From: a virus
Reading direction: 5' to 3' (one strand)
Length of the DNA: 64,000 nucleotides
IMG/VR virus record: IMGVR_UViG_3300034024_000020
Coordinates: 32,001-96,000 of that record
Both the position numbers and the translations under genes were made by a program. This document shows, piece by piece, positions 22,301 through 32,753 of this stretch. The number at the start of each line of letters is the position of its first letter. Position 1 is the first letter of the stretch. The notes beneath the pieces were generated by a model. The model had not been told where the DNA came from. It did not search any database and saw nothing but the letters and a program-made list of their open reading frames with translations.

Positions 22301-22610
22301 AGTATTTAGTAGAATAGTTCATCAGACTGATGATAAGCAAATAAGATTAACAATCAATGAATTCAGGGGTGTGGAATATATGCACCTCAGAGAATATTAT
22401 CAAGATTTTGAGGAAAATTGGTGCCCTTCTAAAAAGGGAGTAGCTATGCCTCTTGATCTGAATAACAGCAGAGAACTGTTTGCGGGATTAGTAGAAATTC
22501 TATCCCTAGCAGAGAGTAAAGACGTCATTTTAGAGCACTTTGAAGAGCTCATTAGGAACACTTATCCAGATGAAGAACTTTCTAGATTACGCGAGCAAAA
22601 AGTATCATGA
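22290..22610 (+). CDS. PC4-like ssDNA-binding protein
   Basis: EFRGVEYMHLREYY...W.PSKKGVAM. Confidence 0.8.
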   Translation: MSDEVFSRIVHQTDDKQIRLTINEFRGVEYMHLREYYQDFEENWCPSKKGVAMPLDLNNSRELFAGLVEILSLAESKDVILEHFEELIRNTYPDEELSRLREQKVS

Positions 22611-23505
22611 GGGTAACCCCATCATACCTGATGACGTGTTTGATCGTCTAGCAGAGACACATGGATATGAAGATGTGGGTCACAGCGTTCAACACGGTGT
22701 GGCTCACTACTTTCCGATGTGGTCACTCAAGAAGTGCTATGTTGGTGAGAAACCAATCGTCCTAGTTGGCGATACTATCGAAACCCCCAAACTCGACGGA
22801 GCTGCTATCTCTTTACTTTACGTAGAGGGACAATTAGTCATGGCCTTAACACGTGGAAACGGTAAACGCGGTGAGGACATAACAGATAAAATCAAATTAC
22901 TAGTAGAGTCTTTTATACCGACATACGAGCCTATAATTCAAATTATAGGTGAAATAGCTGCTAAAAAGACTATTCCTAATGCTAGGAATTATGCAGCTGG
23001 AGCTTTAAACCTCAAAGATATAGAAGAATTCAAAACCAGAGAAGTTACCTTTATTGCTTACGGTTTGCAAGTTTCTGAAAATAAATCTGGTTGTTCAGAA
23101 ACTTATGTACAAGATATGCAATCCCTTAGCAATATGGGTTTTAACACAGTTTTAGATGGAGAATGGAATGAATACCCGCAAGATGGCCGCGTTTATCGGC
23201 TCAATTCAAATCAAGCCTACGATAGGGCTGGTTATACTAGTTCTCACCCTCGCGGAGCCTTTGCTCTCAAAGTACGGCCACAAGGAGTTAGCACAACTCT
23301 CAAAGGAGTTGAATGGCAAGTTGGAAGGACTGGCACTGTTAATCCGGTAGCCATCTTAGAGCCTGTTAAAGTAGGGGACGCCATGGTAAGTCGTGCAACC
23401 CTACACAATATGAAGTATATTGAAGAGCTAGGCCTGGAGATAGGATGCGAAGTAGAGATTATTCGCTCGGGGGAAATCATACCTCGAGTTGTAAGGAGAT
23501 TATAA
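22570..23505 (+). CDS. ligA: NAD-dependent DNA ligase subunit A (adenylation + OB domains)
   Basis: KLDG, ALTRGNG, RNYAAG, WQVGRTG, RATLHN, RSGEIIP. Confidence 0.93.
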   Translation: MKNFLDYASKKYHEGNPIIPDDVFDRLAETHGYEDVGHSVQHGVAHYFPMWSLKKCYVGEKPIVLVGDTIETPKLDGAAISLLYVEGQLVMALTRGNGKRGEDITDKIKLLVESFIPTYEPIIQIIGEIAAKKTIPNARNYAAGALNLKDIEEFKTREVTFIAYGLQVSENKSGCSETYVQDMQSLSNMGFNTVLDGEWNEYPQDGRVYRLNSNQAYDRAGYTSSHPRGAFALKVRPQGVSTTLKGVEWQVGRTGTVNPVAILEPVKVGDAMVSRATLHNMKYIEELGLEIGCEVEIIRSGEIIPRVVRRL

Positions 23506-23699
23506 TGAGAGCAATTAGAGACAGATTTGTAGGCTTCTTCGGACCTAGAGAAACTGATATGCCGCTGAAGGTTCGTCAAGCAATGGACCGTTTAGATGTA
23601 TTAGCCACATGGCAAGAGCCAGATGCGGTTATAACTGTCAGAGCGGGAGATATTAACACCGTATTATCTTTCCTGAAGAAGATTGAAAGAAGCATATAA
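23505..23699 (+). CDS. hypothetical protein
   Basis: TAATG coupling. Confidence 0.55.
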   Translation: MRAIRDRFVGFFGPRETDMPLKVRQAMDRLDVLATWQEPDAVITVRAGDINTVLSFLKKIERSI

Positions 23700-23956
23700 T
23701 GTATACCCATTTGCGAGAAATTTCAGGAAAAGCAGCTGATATTTATATCAATTTAGCTGGCATAAGCGATGATGAAGTAGCCATTGGACGAGACGATCTA
23801 ATGGAGCTTCTAGAATTAATTGCTGACGGAGCAGAGCAATCTGTAGAAATCGAGGAATTGAAATCTAAGATGGAAACCAGCGACGAAGAATTGAAGTCTC
23901 TGTATGAAGAGAACGAGGCTTTAAGACGTAAAGCTGACACGTTAAAGAGGGTATAA
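23699..23956 (+). CDS. hypothetical coiled-coil protein
   Basis: TAATG coupling. Confidence 0.6.
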   Translation: MYTHLREISGKAADIYINLAGISDDEVAIGRDDLMELLELIADGAEQSVEIEELKSKMETSDEELKSLYEENEALRRKADTLKRV

Positions 23957-24336
23957 TGCACTTAACTATTTGGACTGCGACCGGATGCTCCTTTTGCGAA
24001 CCTATGAAGCGTATAGCAGAGGATGTAGCACGCACTATTGGTTGGGAATATAATTCGGTAAATCTAGATCAAAGTAATAGAGATCTTTTCAGAGAGTGGG
24101 GTATTACTGGAGTTCCCACTATAACTATTGTTGAAAATAGAGAAGAAGTTGCTCGTGTAACGGGTTCTATGACTCGACGTCAGTTGGAGACAGAAATTGA
24201 GCGGCATCTACAACGAGACGTATTTTCTGAACAACCCGGAGAAGAGCCAACTTCCAGCAGTTCTGTACTGCGTAATTCTGGTGAACAAGAAAACCCAGAA
24301 CAGGGAGTGCATCAAGATAGGGATTGCGCAGGGTAA
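23956..24336 (+). CDS. thioredoxin-like protein
   Basis: CSFC and GVPT. Confidence 0.8.
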   Translation: MHLTIWTATGCSFCEPMKRIAEDVARTIGWEYNSVNLDQSNRDLFREWGITGVPTITIVENREEVARVTGSMTRRQLETEIERHLQRDVFSEQPGEEPTSSSSVLRNSGEQENPEQGVHQDRDCAG

Positions 24337-24562
24337 AAATTGGAAAGATGTAATTAAGAGGTCAGCAGGATTCAAAGGATACGAAATACGTATCCAGAAA
24401 GTTGTACCAGGACCTCTTGAGGAAATATATCATCTAGAACAATATCTGCACGAATTGTGGGCACATAAAAAATACAAATCTGCCTGGAAGTTTGGTGGTC
24501 ATACTGAGCTATTTGAGATTGACGCCGAAATCATTCGTAGCGTCCCAGAAAAAAGTTCTTGA
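24197..24562 (+). CDS. T5orf172/GIY-YIG-like domain protein
   Basis: LYCV..., KIGIA, LEQYLH, GHTELF. Confidence 0.7.
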   Translation: MSGIYNETYFLNNPEKSQLPAVLYCVILVNKKTQNRECIKIGIAQGKNWKDVIKRSAGFKGYEIRIQKVVPGPLEEIYHLEQYLHELWAHKKYKSAWKFGGHTELFEIDAEIIRSVPEKSS

Positions 24563-24587
24563 CAATGACCCCAAAACCCGATATAAT
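24554..24587 (+). promoter_or_regulatory. phage sigma70-type promoter
   Basis: TTGACA(24559)-N17-TATAAT(24582). Confidence 0.85.
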
Positions 24588-24611
24588 GGTTTCATCAAGA
24601 CGAGAGAAGCA

Positions 24612-25361
24612 ATGATCATCACACCTCCTACGAACTGTCCGAGTTGTGACTCAAATCTTATCTGGTCCAACGATACCCTCTATTGTGTAAATTCTGATTG
24701 CCCTGCTCAAGCGTCGAAGCAAGTTCAACACTTTGCCCAGACTCTTAAGATTAAGGGTTTAGGACCTTCCACAATTGAGAAACTCTTACTTCAGAACATA
24801 GAAGAAATCTATGAGATGGAACTAGAGTATATGACCTCTATGCTAGGGTCAGAAAAGCTGGCAATTAAGCTGTTTAATGAAATTGAAAGATCTAAACAAG
24901 AGCCGCTTAATACAGTCTTACCTGCATTTGGCATTTCGTTGATTGGAAAATCAGCGACTGACAAGCTTTCATCGGTAGTTTCGTCAATATTCGATATTGA
25001 CGAGAATGCTTGTAAGAAAGCGGGTCTGGGTCCTAAAGCTACTGAGAACTTAATGGATTGGATGGAAACTCAATTCGAAAGATATTGTGATCTTCCATTT
25101 AGCTATGAGTTTATCAGAAATTCCCCTTCTATGAAAAGCGTAGGCATAATCTGCATTACGGGCAAACTAAATAGTTTCAAAACTAAAGCAGAAGCTGCTG
25201 AAGCTTTGAAAAAGAAGGGTTTTACAGTAAAGGATAGTCTAACTAAAGATGTGACTATACTTGTAAATGAGAGCGGAAAAGAAACCGCTAAAACCATCAA
25301 GGCCGCCGAGAACGGCGTTCTTATCATCAACAACCTAAAAGAATATTTGGAGACTATATAA
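24612..25361 (+). CDS. NAD-dependent DNA ligase subunit B (Zn finger, HhH, BRCT)
   Basis: CPSC...C...CPAQ, IKGLG, ICITGKL. Confidence 0.9.
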   Translation: MIITPPTNCPSCDSNLIWSNDTLYCVNSDCPAQASKQVQHFAQTLKIKGLGPSTIEKLLLQNIEEIYEMELEYMTSMLGSEKLAIKLFNEIERSKQEPLNTVLPAFGISLIGKSATDKLSSVVSSIFDIDENACKKAGLGPKATENLMDWMETQFERYCDLPFSYEFIRNSPSMKSVGIICITGKLNSFKTKAEAAEALKKKGFTVKDSLTKDVTILVNESGKETAKTIKAAENGVLIINNLKEYLETI

Positions 25362-26101
25362 TGACACTTCCTAAGTGGACTGATGAGCGCACCGCTCAGC
25401 TTCGTGATCTCGTTGGCAGCGAGGAGCCCGTAACTAAGGCTACCGTAGACCGTGTAGCAGAGGAAATGGAGACTTCTAGCCGTTCCGTCGCTTCTAAGCT
25501 TCGTAAGCTTGGTGTCGAGGTAGAACTAGCATCGCAGGCGCCACGTGCGTTCAGCGACGAGCAGGCTGAAGAGCTAGCTCAGTTCGTCCGTGAAAATGAG
25601 GGTGAGCTTACTTATGCTCAGATCGCAGAGCAGTTTAACGGTGGTAGCTTCACCGCTAAGCAGATTCAGGGTAAGATCCTAAGCATGGAGCTTACTGATG
25701 CGGTTGCCCCAACTCCTAAGCCGGAGAGCACCAAGACCTACACCGATGAAGAGGAGGCTGAGGTCGTCCGTCTAATCGGTGAGAACGCTTTCGTCGAGGA
25801 TATCGCTAGTGCGCTAGATCGTACCGTTCCTTCTATCCGTGGTAAGGCTCTTAGCCTTCTTCGTGGTGGTCAGATCGCAGCGATGCCAAAGCAGCGTGAC
25901 GTTAAGGGTCAGGCACCTGACCAGTTCGAGGAGCTCGGAGATGTTTCAACTCTTACCGTTGAGCAGATCGCAGAGCGTCTTGGAAAGACCGAGCGCGGTG
26001 TAAAGACCATGCTAACCCGTCGCGGTGTAACCGCAGCGGACTACGACGGGGCAGCTCGTCGTGAGAAGGCTCAGGCAGCAGCCGCAGCAACCACTGCGTA
26101 A
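25361..26101 (+). CDS. T5 D5-like DNA-binding regulator
   Basis: repeated HTH-like units; synteny after ligase B. Confidence 0.8.
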   Translation: MTLPKWTDERTAQLRDLVGSEEPVTKATVDRVAEEMETSSRSVASKLRKLGVEVELASQAPRAFSDEQAEELAQFVRENEGELTYAQIAEQFNGGSFTAKQIQGKILSMELTDAVAPTPKPESTKTYTDEEEAEVVRLIGENAFVEDIASALDRTVPSIRGKALSLLRGGQIAAMPKQRDVKGQAPDQFEELGDVSTLTVEQIAERLGKTERGVKTMLTRRGVTAADYDGAARREKAQAAAAATTA

Positions 26102-26125
26102 ACGCCTCCTTCTTGGAAAATGTAA

Positions 26126-26162
26126 GGGCGGGGAAACGGTAAACGTTTCCCTGCCCAATTTT
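26126..26162 (+). terminator. hairpin, probable terminator
   Basis: GGGCGGGGAAACG/CGTTTCCCTGCCC. Confidence 0.65.
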
Positions 26163-26327
26163 GCTGGAGAAAGCAAATGATTAATTTATGGCGTGAGTTA
26201 TTCCGCATAGAAAACAATAATCTCGGTCTTCGTATAGAAGTGAAGATTACTCCTGAAATAACAGAGAGCTGGGAAGAGCTCGTAGAAGCCTGGAACGAGC
26301 TATTTAAGAAATAATATGGAGTAAATA

Positions 26328-27740
26328 GTGAACCTAGCTAGCGCACTTATAAAACAAGTATTGGAGCAAGAAGACTTTGATACTTGGTCAAATGTGCGTA
26401 AGCATTATCTGCCTAGTGAGTATCATCAACTATTTGACATAATCAGCAAACACACTGATTCCTATCACAAGCTACCAACGCTAGAGGAATTGAAGTTTGA
26501 AATACGTGATAACGCTACGCTCGAAAAGGTTTATGCACTAGAAACAGGTGAGGAGATAGAGGCTGAGCCCTTTCTTCTCTTAGACTACTTAAAAAATGAG
26601 TACACTCAAAAGGAGTTCTTATTTCAAGTAGATAGACTTATTGATAGGTCTTTAGCTTTTGAAACAGCCGAAGAGACCATCAAGTCTATTCAAGAGATTG
26701 CTATCGACCTTGAGAATAAGGTTGATATTACTGATCCTGCTGAAAACATGCAGAAGATCAGCTTATTTGAAAGTGACGAAGACCTAGGAGCTCGGGTAAC
26801 TCTAGGTCTTAATTCCGATTTCGATAGTCAGTATCCTATTGCGGTTACTGACTACATCATGCTTGGTGGGCCTAAGGGTGCTGGTAAGTCTATTACATGT
26901 AACAATGTAGGTAGGCACATAATCGAAGTCAAGCAGAAAGTAGCACTTTACTTCTCTATTGAGATGGAGGCGATTGAGGTATTGCAGCGTGATGCTGCTC
27001 TAGCCACAAAGATTCCTTTCAACAAGATTAGAAATAAGAACCTATCAGTAGTAGAATGGGAAAAGATCGTCGAGTACTGGGGTACTCGATTTAAGAATTC
27101 AGAAGGTCACGTAGCTGCTTACAAGCAGCATCATGATTTCAACAGATTCCACACAGCTATTTCCAAAGAAGAGCTGTCTGGTGCCTATCTTGATATCATC
27201 TATGATCCTAATCTAACCTTGACTCGTATTAGAAACGAGGTCCAGAAAAGATTGGCTCAAGGTGTCGAAATTGGCATCATTATTGTAGACTATATCAACC
27301 AGGTGAAACTGAATGACAACAGTAAAGTTGGTGATAAACAGTATGAGTGGAAAGAGCAGATCAACATCAGTACTGGTTTAAGACGTTTGGCACAGGAGCT
27401 AAGAATTCCTGTATTCAGTCCTTACCAAATGGATGCCGATGGAAAAGCAAGATTTGCTCGGGGTATCCTTGATGCGCCGACCGTCGTAATTAAGCTCATA
27501 AAGTTTCCGCAAGCGGACGCAATCATGGGCTTTGAAATTGAAAAGATGCGACACGCTCCTGATGAACTCGTAGTTATCTCTAGAATGGACTGGAATTGCT
27601 TACAGATCGGACCAGAGAATGGGGAATTACCCGAGCCTGAAGTAGAAGAGGATGAACATCCTAAAGCTACTTTTGGAAGGAAGAAGCAAAGTAGTAGCAA
27701 ACCAACTGGTGAAAGCATCTATGACGATCCACCCTTCTAG
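26328..27740 (+). CDS. replicative DnaB-like helicase
   Basis: GPKGAGKS, FSIEM, IIVDYI. Confidence 0.9.
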   Translation: MNLASALIKQVLEQEDFDTWSNVRKHYLPSEYHQLFDIISKHTDSYHKLPTLEELKFEIRDNATLEKVYALETGEEIEAEPFLLLDYLKNEYTQKEFLFQVDRLIDRSLAFETAEETIKSIQEIAIDLENKVDITDPAENMQKISLFESDEDLGARVTLGLNSDFDSQYPIAVTDYIMLGGPKGAGKSITCNNVGRHIIEVKQKVALYFSIEMEAIEVLQRDAALATKIPFNKIRNKNLSVVEWEKIVEYWGTRFKNSEGHVAAYKQHHDFNRFHTAISKEELSGAYLDIIYDPNLTLTRIRNEVQKRLAQGVEIGIIIVDYINQVKLNDNSKVGDKQYEWKEQINISTGLRRLAQELRIPVFSPYQMDADGKARFARGILDAPTVVIKLIKFPQADAIMGFEIEKMRHAPDELVVISRMDWNCLQIGPENGELPEPEVEEDEHPKATFGRKKQSSSKPTGESIYDDPPF

Positions 27741-27868
27741 TTTTGATAGGGGATACTACGCTGCGGGTGACGAAATAATGAACTGGCTCAATTCTTTGGA
27801 TAGTGGGGGCATGACAACTAAAGAATTGAGATCGGTTCTAAACGTGAAAATTTTGGAGATGACACCAT

Positions 27869-28702
27869 ATGCAAGTAGAAGATCTATTGAGTCGTCACAA
27901 GATTTCCTACACGCTGAGTGGTAAAGACTTAGTTACTTTATGCTTTAATCCAGATCATGATGATACTACTGCTGGTAGTTTCAGAATTGATAAAATCACA
28001 GGAGCAATGAACTGCTTCGCATGTGGATTTAAAGGCAGTGTATTTGCACACTTTGGCACGAAGGGCAACCCCCTTATGATAGCCAGGGAAAAGCTAAAAA
28101 GAAAGATTTCGGAGAAATTAGCAGAAAATGTCGGACTTGAAATCCCTAGAAACGCTGTTCCTTTCGCCAGAGAGTGGCGAGGAATATCGGCAGATACTTA
28201 TAGAAAGTTCGAAGCTTTTGAGCATAATGACTCGGACTTTATTGGCCGCGTCGTATTTCCCATCCGTTCGTTCTCCGGAAGAATTGCGGGGTTTAACGCA
28301 AGACATCTCACGCTTAATCAGCACCCTAAGTATCTTATATCCCCACCTAATGCGAAACTTCCGCTATTTCCAAAAGTAAAACCTGTAGAAGGTTCTATCG
28401 TGCTCGTAGAGGGCATGTTCGATATGCTCAACTTGCACGACAAAGGGCTAGACAACGCCGTATGTGCATTTGGAACTAGAAAAGTTACGAAAGACAAACT
28501 AAACCTATTAAAGGTACAAGGCGTTAGCAAGTTAGACATTGCGTTTGACCCTGACGAAGCTGGTACCGAAGCAGCCGCCGAAGTAAAAGAACTAGCAGAA
28601 CGTATGGAAATGTATGCTAGAGTTGTTACTTTAAAAGACCAAGATCCAGGTGACCTGACAGCCTCACAAGTGCTCAGATTAAAGGAGAAGTTATATGGCT
28701 AA
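27869..28702 (+). CDS. DNA primase
   Basis: Zn domain, KYL.SP, TOPRIM EG..D and DPDEAG. Confidence 0.92.
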   Translation: MQVEDLLSRHKISYTLSGKDLVTLCFNPDHDDTTAGSFRIDKITGAMNCFACGFKGSVFAHFGTKGNPLMIAREKLKRKISEKLAENVGLEIPRNAVPFAREWRGISADTYRKFEAFEHNDSDFIGRVVFPIRSFSGRIAGFNARHLTLNQHPKYLISPPNAKLPLFPKVKPVEGSIVLVEGMFDMLNLHDKGLDNAVCAFGTRKVTKDKLNLLKVQGVSKLDIAFDPDEAGTEAAAEVKELAERMEMYARVVTLKDQDPGDLTASQVLRLKEKLYG

Positions 28703-31052
28703 AGTAGCCTTAGTAGAGACCAAGCCGTCTCGTACTAACTTCAATGACGCGTTTGAAAGCGCATTTGAATTCGATAGATATCAATTATGCTCTAATCCGG
28801 CTATTAAGAAGCCGCTTAAAAAAGATGTTGATATTGACATCAATGTAGATGACTATGACTGGATCATCCTAGTAGGTGCTGATTCTTTCAAATATTTCAC
28901 GGGAAAGACATCTATATCTGATTTCTCTGGCAAGCCTGTCAACGAGAAATATATACCTATTATCAATCCTGCCATGCTAACTTTCAAGCCAGAAGCTGAG
29001 AGATTATGGCAGGAATCCAAGACTTCCCTAATTAGATACATAACCGGTAATGCAAAGGTAGTAAGTTATAACAGTGACAAAATCTACGGTATCACTGAGG
29101 AGCAGCAAGCCCTTGAATATATTCAAGCTGCGATACTCGCGCCCTCAAAATATGTCGCCCTCGACTCCGAAGCTTCCGCTCTATATGCGCGCGACGGTCA
29201 CGTTCTTGGGATTAGTCTTTGCTATGAGCGGGATCATGGCGTATACATTAGCGCCGACTGCATCACGCCAGAAGTAGAAGAGAAACTACAAGAGCTATTT
29301 AACAAGAAGATTGTAATCTTCCACAATGCTAAATTCGATATCGGATTCTTCTGGTATCATTTTGGGTGGCAGTTCCCTAGATTTGAAGATACTATGCTTC
29401 TGCATTATTGCATCGAAGAGAATCCAGGCAACCACGGATTGAAGCAGCTTGCTCTAAAGTACACAGTCTACGGGGACTACGAAGCTGGTTTAGAAGAGTT
29501 CAAGGCAGAATATTGCAAGAAGAATGGGGTTAAAAAGGATGACTTTACGTACGATCTTATTCCTTTTGATATCATGTTCCCTTATGCAGCAATCGACTCT
29601 ATTGTCACGTTCCTGCTCTTCTTAAAGCTGAAAGCAGCTGTTACGAAGAATCCAAAACTACATTGGGTATATGAGAATATTCTAATTCCAGGTAGTGATC
29701 TTCTTACTGAAATTCAAGATAACGGAGTACCATTTGATCGTAATCGCCTAGAAAAGGCGTCGATTATGATGCAGACCGATATTGATAATGCTGTAGCTCA
29801 GTTGTATGAGCACCCAGTAATTCGTGAATTTGAAGAAGCTCAAGGAAAGACTTTCAACCCGGGTAGCACGCAACAGCTGCGTAAGTTGCTATTTGATTTC
29901 GTTGGATTAACTCCAACAGGTAAAAAGACAGGCACAGGAGCAGCGTCAACGGACGCGGAAGTGCTAGAGGAATTGAGTGAATATAGTGAAATTCCTAAAC
30001 TCATCCTTAATATCCGAAAAAAGTCAAAAATTAAGAATACGTACCTTGACAAAATCATACCTCAGCTTGACGCTGACGGTCGTCTCCGTACTGGTTTTAA
30101 TCTTCATAGCACTACTAGCGGAAGGCTTTCATCCTCTGGCAAGCTCAACATGCAGCAGTTGCCAAGAGACAATCCTGCCGTAAAGGGTTGTATTAAAGCT
30201 CGTCCAGGATACAAGATTGTATCTATGGATTTGACCACCGCGGAGGTTTATGTAGCCGCGGTTCTCTCAGGCGATAAAAAGCTGCAAGAGGTTTTCAAGT
30301 CGGGACAGGATTTCCACTCTACTATTGCTAAAATGGTCTTTAAGCTAGATTGTAGGGTAGAGGATGTTAAGAAACTTTATCCTCATCTAAGACAAGGGGC
30401 TAAATCTACTACCTTCGGTATTCTTTATCAGGCTGGAGCTATTACAGTAGCTAATCAGATTAGGAAAGAATCTGGTGTTTATTGTAGTGTGTCTCAAGCA
30501 CAGAGATATATCGACGATTACTTCAAGGAATTCAAGCAGCTTCACAAGTGGATCGAAGCACAAAAGGACTTTATTGCAACCAACGGTTTCATTTATAGTC
30601 ATTTTGGTAGAAAGCGCAGACTTCCAAATGTTAAATCATCTGATAAGGGTATTAAGGCTCACACCATTCGATCTGGTGTTAACTTCCTAGTTCAGTCTCC
30701 TGCATCGGACATTAACTTGTTCGCAGCTATTGAAATGAGACACTTCATCAACAAGAATAAGATGAAAAGTCTCATATTCGCACTGGTTCACGACTCTATT
30801 CTAGCAGAGGTTCCGGAAGATGAAATTGATTTCTATACCGAAACTCTCCGAGGTTTCGTGCAGGCAGACCGCGGACTTTCAATCCCAGGTTATCCGATTG
30901 GATGTGACTTCGAAGTGGGAGATGACTACAGCTTTAATGCCAAACATGATGATTATCCAAATGAAACCAAATATCAGGTCTACGAACGAGGATGGGATTC
31001 TAAGCTGCCACAGCTAATGGATAGTTTAGTAAAGCTATGCAAGACGAATTAA
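28695..31052 (+). CDS. DNA polymerase family A (T5-type)
   Basis: LDSE exonuclease, SGRLSS, RQGAKSTTFGILY, VHDS. Confidence 0.96.
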   Translation: MAKVALVETKPSRTNFNDAFESAFEFDRYQLCSNPAIKKPLKKDVDIDINVDDYDWIILVGADSFKYFTGKTSISDFSGKPVNEKYIPIINPAMLTFKPEAERLWQESKTSLIRYITGNAKVVSYNSDKIYGITEEQQALEYIQAAILAPSKYVALDSEASALYARDGHVLGISLCYERDHGVYISADCITPEVEEKLQELFNKKIVIFHNAKFDIGFFWYHFGWQFPRFEDTMLLHYCIEENPGNHGLKQLALKYTVYGDYEAGLEEFKAEYCKKNGVKKDDFTYDLIPFDIMFPYAAIDSIVTFLLFLKLKAAVTKNPKLHWVYENILIPGSDLLTEIQDNGVPFDRNRLEKASIMMQTDIDNAVAQLYEHPVIREFEEAQGKTFNPGSTQQLRKLLFDFVGLTPTGKKTGTGAASTDAEVLEELSEYSEIPKLILNIRKKSKIKNTYLDKIIPQLDADGRLRTGFNLHSTTSGRLSSSGKLNMQQLPRDNPAVKGCIKARPGYKIVSMDLTTAEVYVAAVLSGDKKLQEVFKSGQDFHSTIAKMVFKLDCRVEDVKKLYPHLRQGAKSTTFGILYQAGAITVANQIRKESGVYCSVSQAQRYIDDYFKEFKQLHKWIEAQKDFIATNGFIYSHFGRKRRLPNVKSSDKGIKAHTIRSGVNFLVQSPASDINLFAAIEMRHFINKNKMKSLIFALVHDSILAEVPEDEIDFYTETLRGFVQADRGLSIPGYPIGCDFEVGDDYSFNAKHDDYPNETKYQVYERGWDSKLPQLMDSLVKLCKTN

Positions 31053-31564
31053 GATGGCGGGAATATCGTAAAGAGTTCCCAATCAACACTGTTAAATCAT
31101 GGGGTCAGTCTCTTATGGAGGCTGCCCCATGGACATACACAGGGTGGTCAGGGGCAGCCAAAGAACCTCTTAGACATTGGACAGCATTTCTAGGACATCA
31201 CGAGCCTCTCGTAAATGAGATATGGACTGCCATTAATGAAACACTTAAGCATGATGGATTTTCTCTTTCACCATCTCGCATTATTGCTAATCTCTTTGCT
31301 CATGGGGATAGTTCTTGGCTTCATACTGATTCGCTACTTGGGTCTGATTGGACCGTTATTATATACTTGAACGATTTTTGGGATTTGAATTGGGGTGGCG
31401 AAACTGTTATTGTAGAGGATAACGAAATTGCACATTGTTGTGCTCCTACACCTGGTAAAGTATTTCTTTTCAAAAGTAATCTTCTGCATGGTCCTAGACC
31501 TGTATCCAGAGAGGCGCCTTATTCTAGATTGGGCTTGACATTTCAATGTGCTAGTAACTCGTAA
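31037..31564 (+). CDS. 2OG-Fe(II) oxygenase
   Basis: HTD...YLN..W...WGGE...H...R. Confidence 0.85.
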   Translation: MQDELRWREYRKEFPINTVKSWGQSLMEAAPWTYTGWSGAAKEPLRHWTAFLGHHEPLVNEIWTAINETLKHDGFSLSPSRIIANLFAHGDSSWLHTDSLLGSDWTVIIYLNDFWDLNWGGETVIVEDNEIAHCCAPTPGKVFLFKSNLLHGPRPVSREAPYSRLGLTFQCASNS

Positions 31565-32042
31565 AGACCTTCATAAGATCAATTTTCCTATCTATGTACT
31601 ACCCTCTGATGATTGGTACATAACCGATGGAGTTTTGTTCGTCAACGAGAAGGTCCTAGATGAGAAGAACATGCCTGGAAAAACTCTAGGTGTAAGAAGA
31701 ATGCAATGTGGTCGCAAAGATTTGCTTCCACTTAATAAAGCTATTTTAAGCATTCCTGATATGATTCAGTGTAAGACGAAAGTCTTTGTGGATTATAAAG
31801 GAAAGCCTTTCATCTACGAAAAAACCTATCGTAGTAAATTAAAGTGCTATAGGATTAAAAAAGTAGAAGGAAAGGATTCTGCTTCTTTATTGTGGGTACA
31901 TGGGATATCTCATCCCTTTACATTAAAGAGGCCACCCTTTGGTGACCCAGAATATGTGCGGATTCTCCATTATGAGGGCGAGCCCTGGCTCATCTATGAC
32001 TATGTACGTATCTATACAAAGGATACTTACAGAAGAGTATAA
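31548..32042 (+). CDS. T5-like conserved hypothetical protein
   Basis: ORF downstream of polymerase. Confidence 0.7.
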   Translation: MLVTRKDLHKINFPIYVLPSDDWYITDGVLFVNEKVLDEKNMPGKTLGVRRMQCGRKDLLPLNKAILSIPDMIQCKTKVFVDYKGKPFIYEKTYRSKLKCYRIKKVEGKDSASLLWVHGISHPFTLKRPPFGDPEYVRILHYEGEPWLIYDYVRIYTKDTYRRV

Positions 32043-32048
32043 GGATTA

Positions 32049-32753
32049 ATGAGCAACAAAAACAATAATAAATCTCCAAGAACAAACAATAAGGGTTCTG
32101 GTCTTGAACTTAGAAGAGACATTGTGCCTCTAACTAAAAATCAGGCTCGTATGTTTGATTCTAGCTCCGATCTCGTGGCAGATGGCTGCGCCGGAACAGG
32201 TAAAACTTTTGGTGCATCTTACATGGCCCTTAGGGACATCATGTATAACAAGCTTTATGATAAGCTTATCTATATCAGAAGTATAGTACCTACCAGAGAT
32301 ATTGGATTCCTAAAGGGCGACGATAAACAAAAGACAGAAGTATATCAAGATGCTTATGTTGATATTGCTCAGAAGCTTTTTGGTAGAGGAGATGCCTACG
32401 AAGTAGCAACTCGCAGAGACCTTATTCATTTTATGCCTACTTCGTTCTTAAGAGGTACAACCATTGATGACGCGGCTATCATCGTAGATGAGTGCCAGAA
32501 TATGAGTTATCATGAACTAGATACAGTTATTACTAGAATAGGTCAGAATTGCAGAGTATTCTTCTGTGGAGACGGCTTATATCAGTCTGATCTAGGAGGA
32601 AAAAGTGGAGTACAGCAGTTCTGGAAAGTACTCAAAACTATGGACGATTTTGATTATGTAACGTTTACTACAGACGACATTGTTCGTAGTGATAGAGTAA
32701 AAAGGTATATTATAGCAAGACATGCAGTACATGGTGATAAACAACTTTCTTAA
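32049..32753 (+). CDS. phoH: PhoH-like ATPase
   Basis: GCAGTGKT, FLRG.T, DECQN, TRIG, DIVRS. Confidence 0.92.
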   Translation: MSNKNNNKSPRTNNKGSGLELRRDIVPLTKNQARMFDSSSDLVADGCAGTGKTFGASYMALRDIMYNKLYDKLIYIRSIVPTRDIGFLKGDDKQKTEVYQDAYVDIAQKLFGRGDAYEVATRRDLIHFMPTSFLRGTTIDDAAIIVDECQNMSYHELDTVITRIGQNCRVFFCGDGLYQSDLGGKSGVQQFWKVLKTMDDFDYVTFTTDDIVRSDRVKRYIIARHAVHGDKQLS

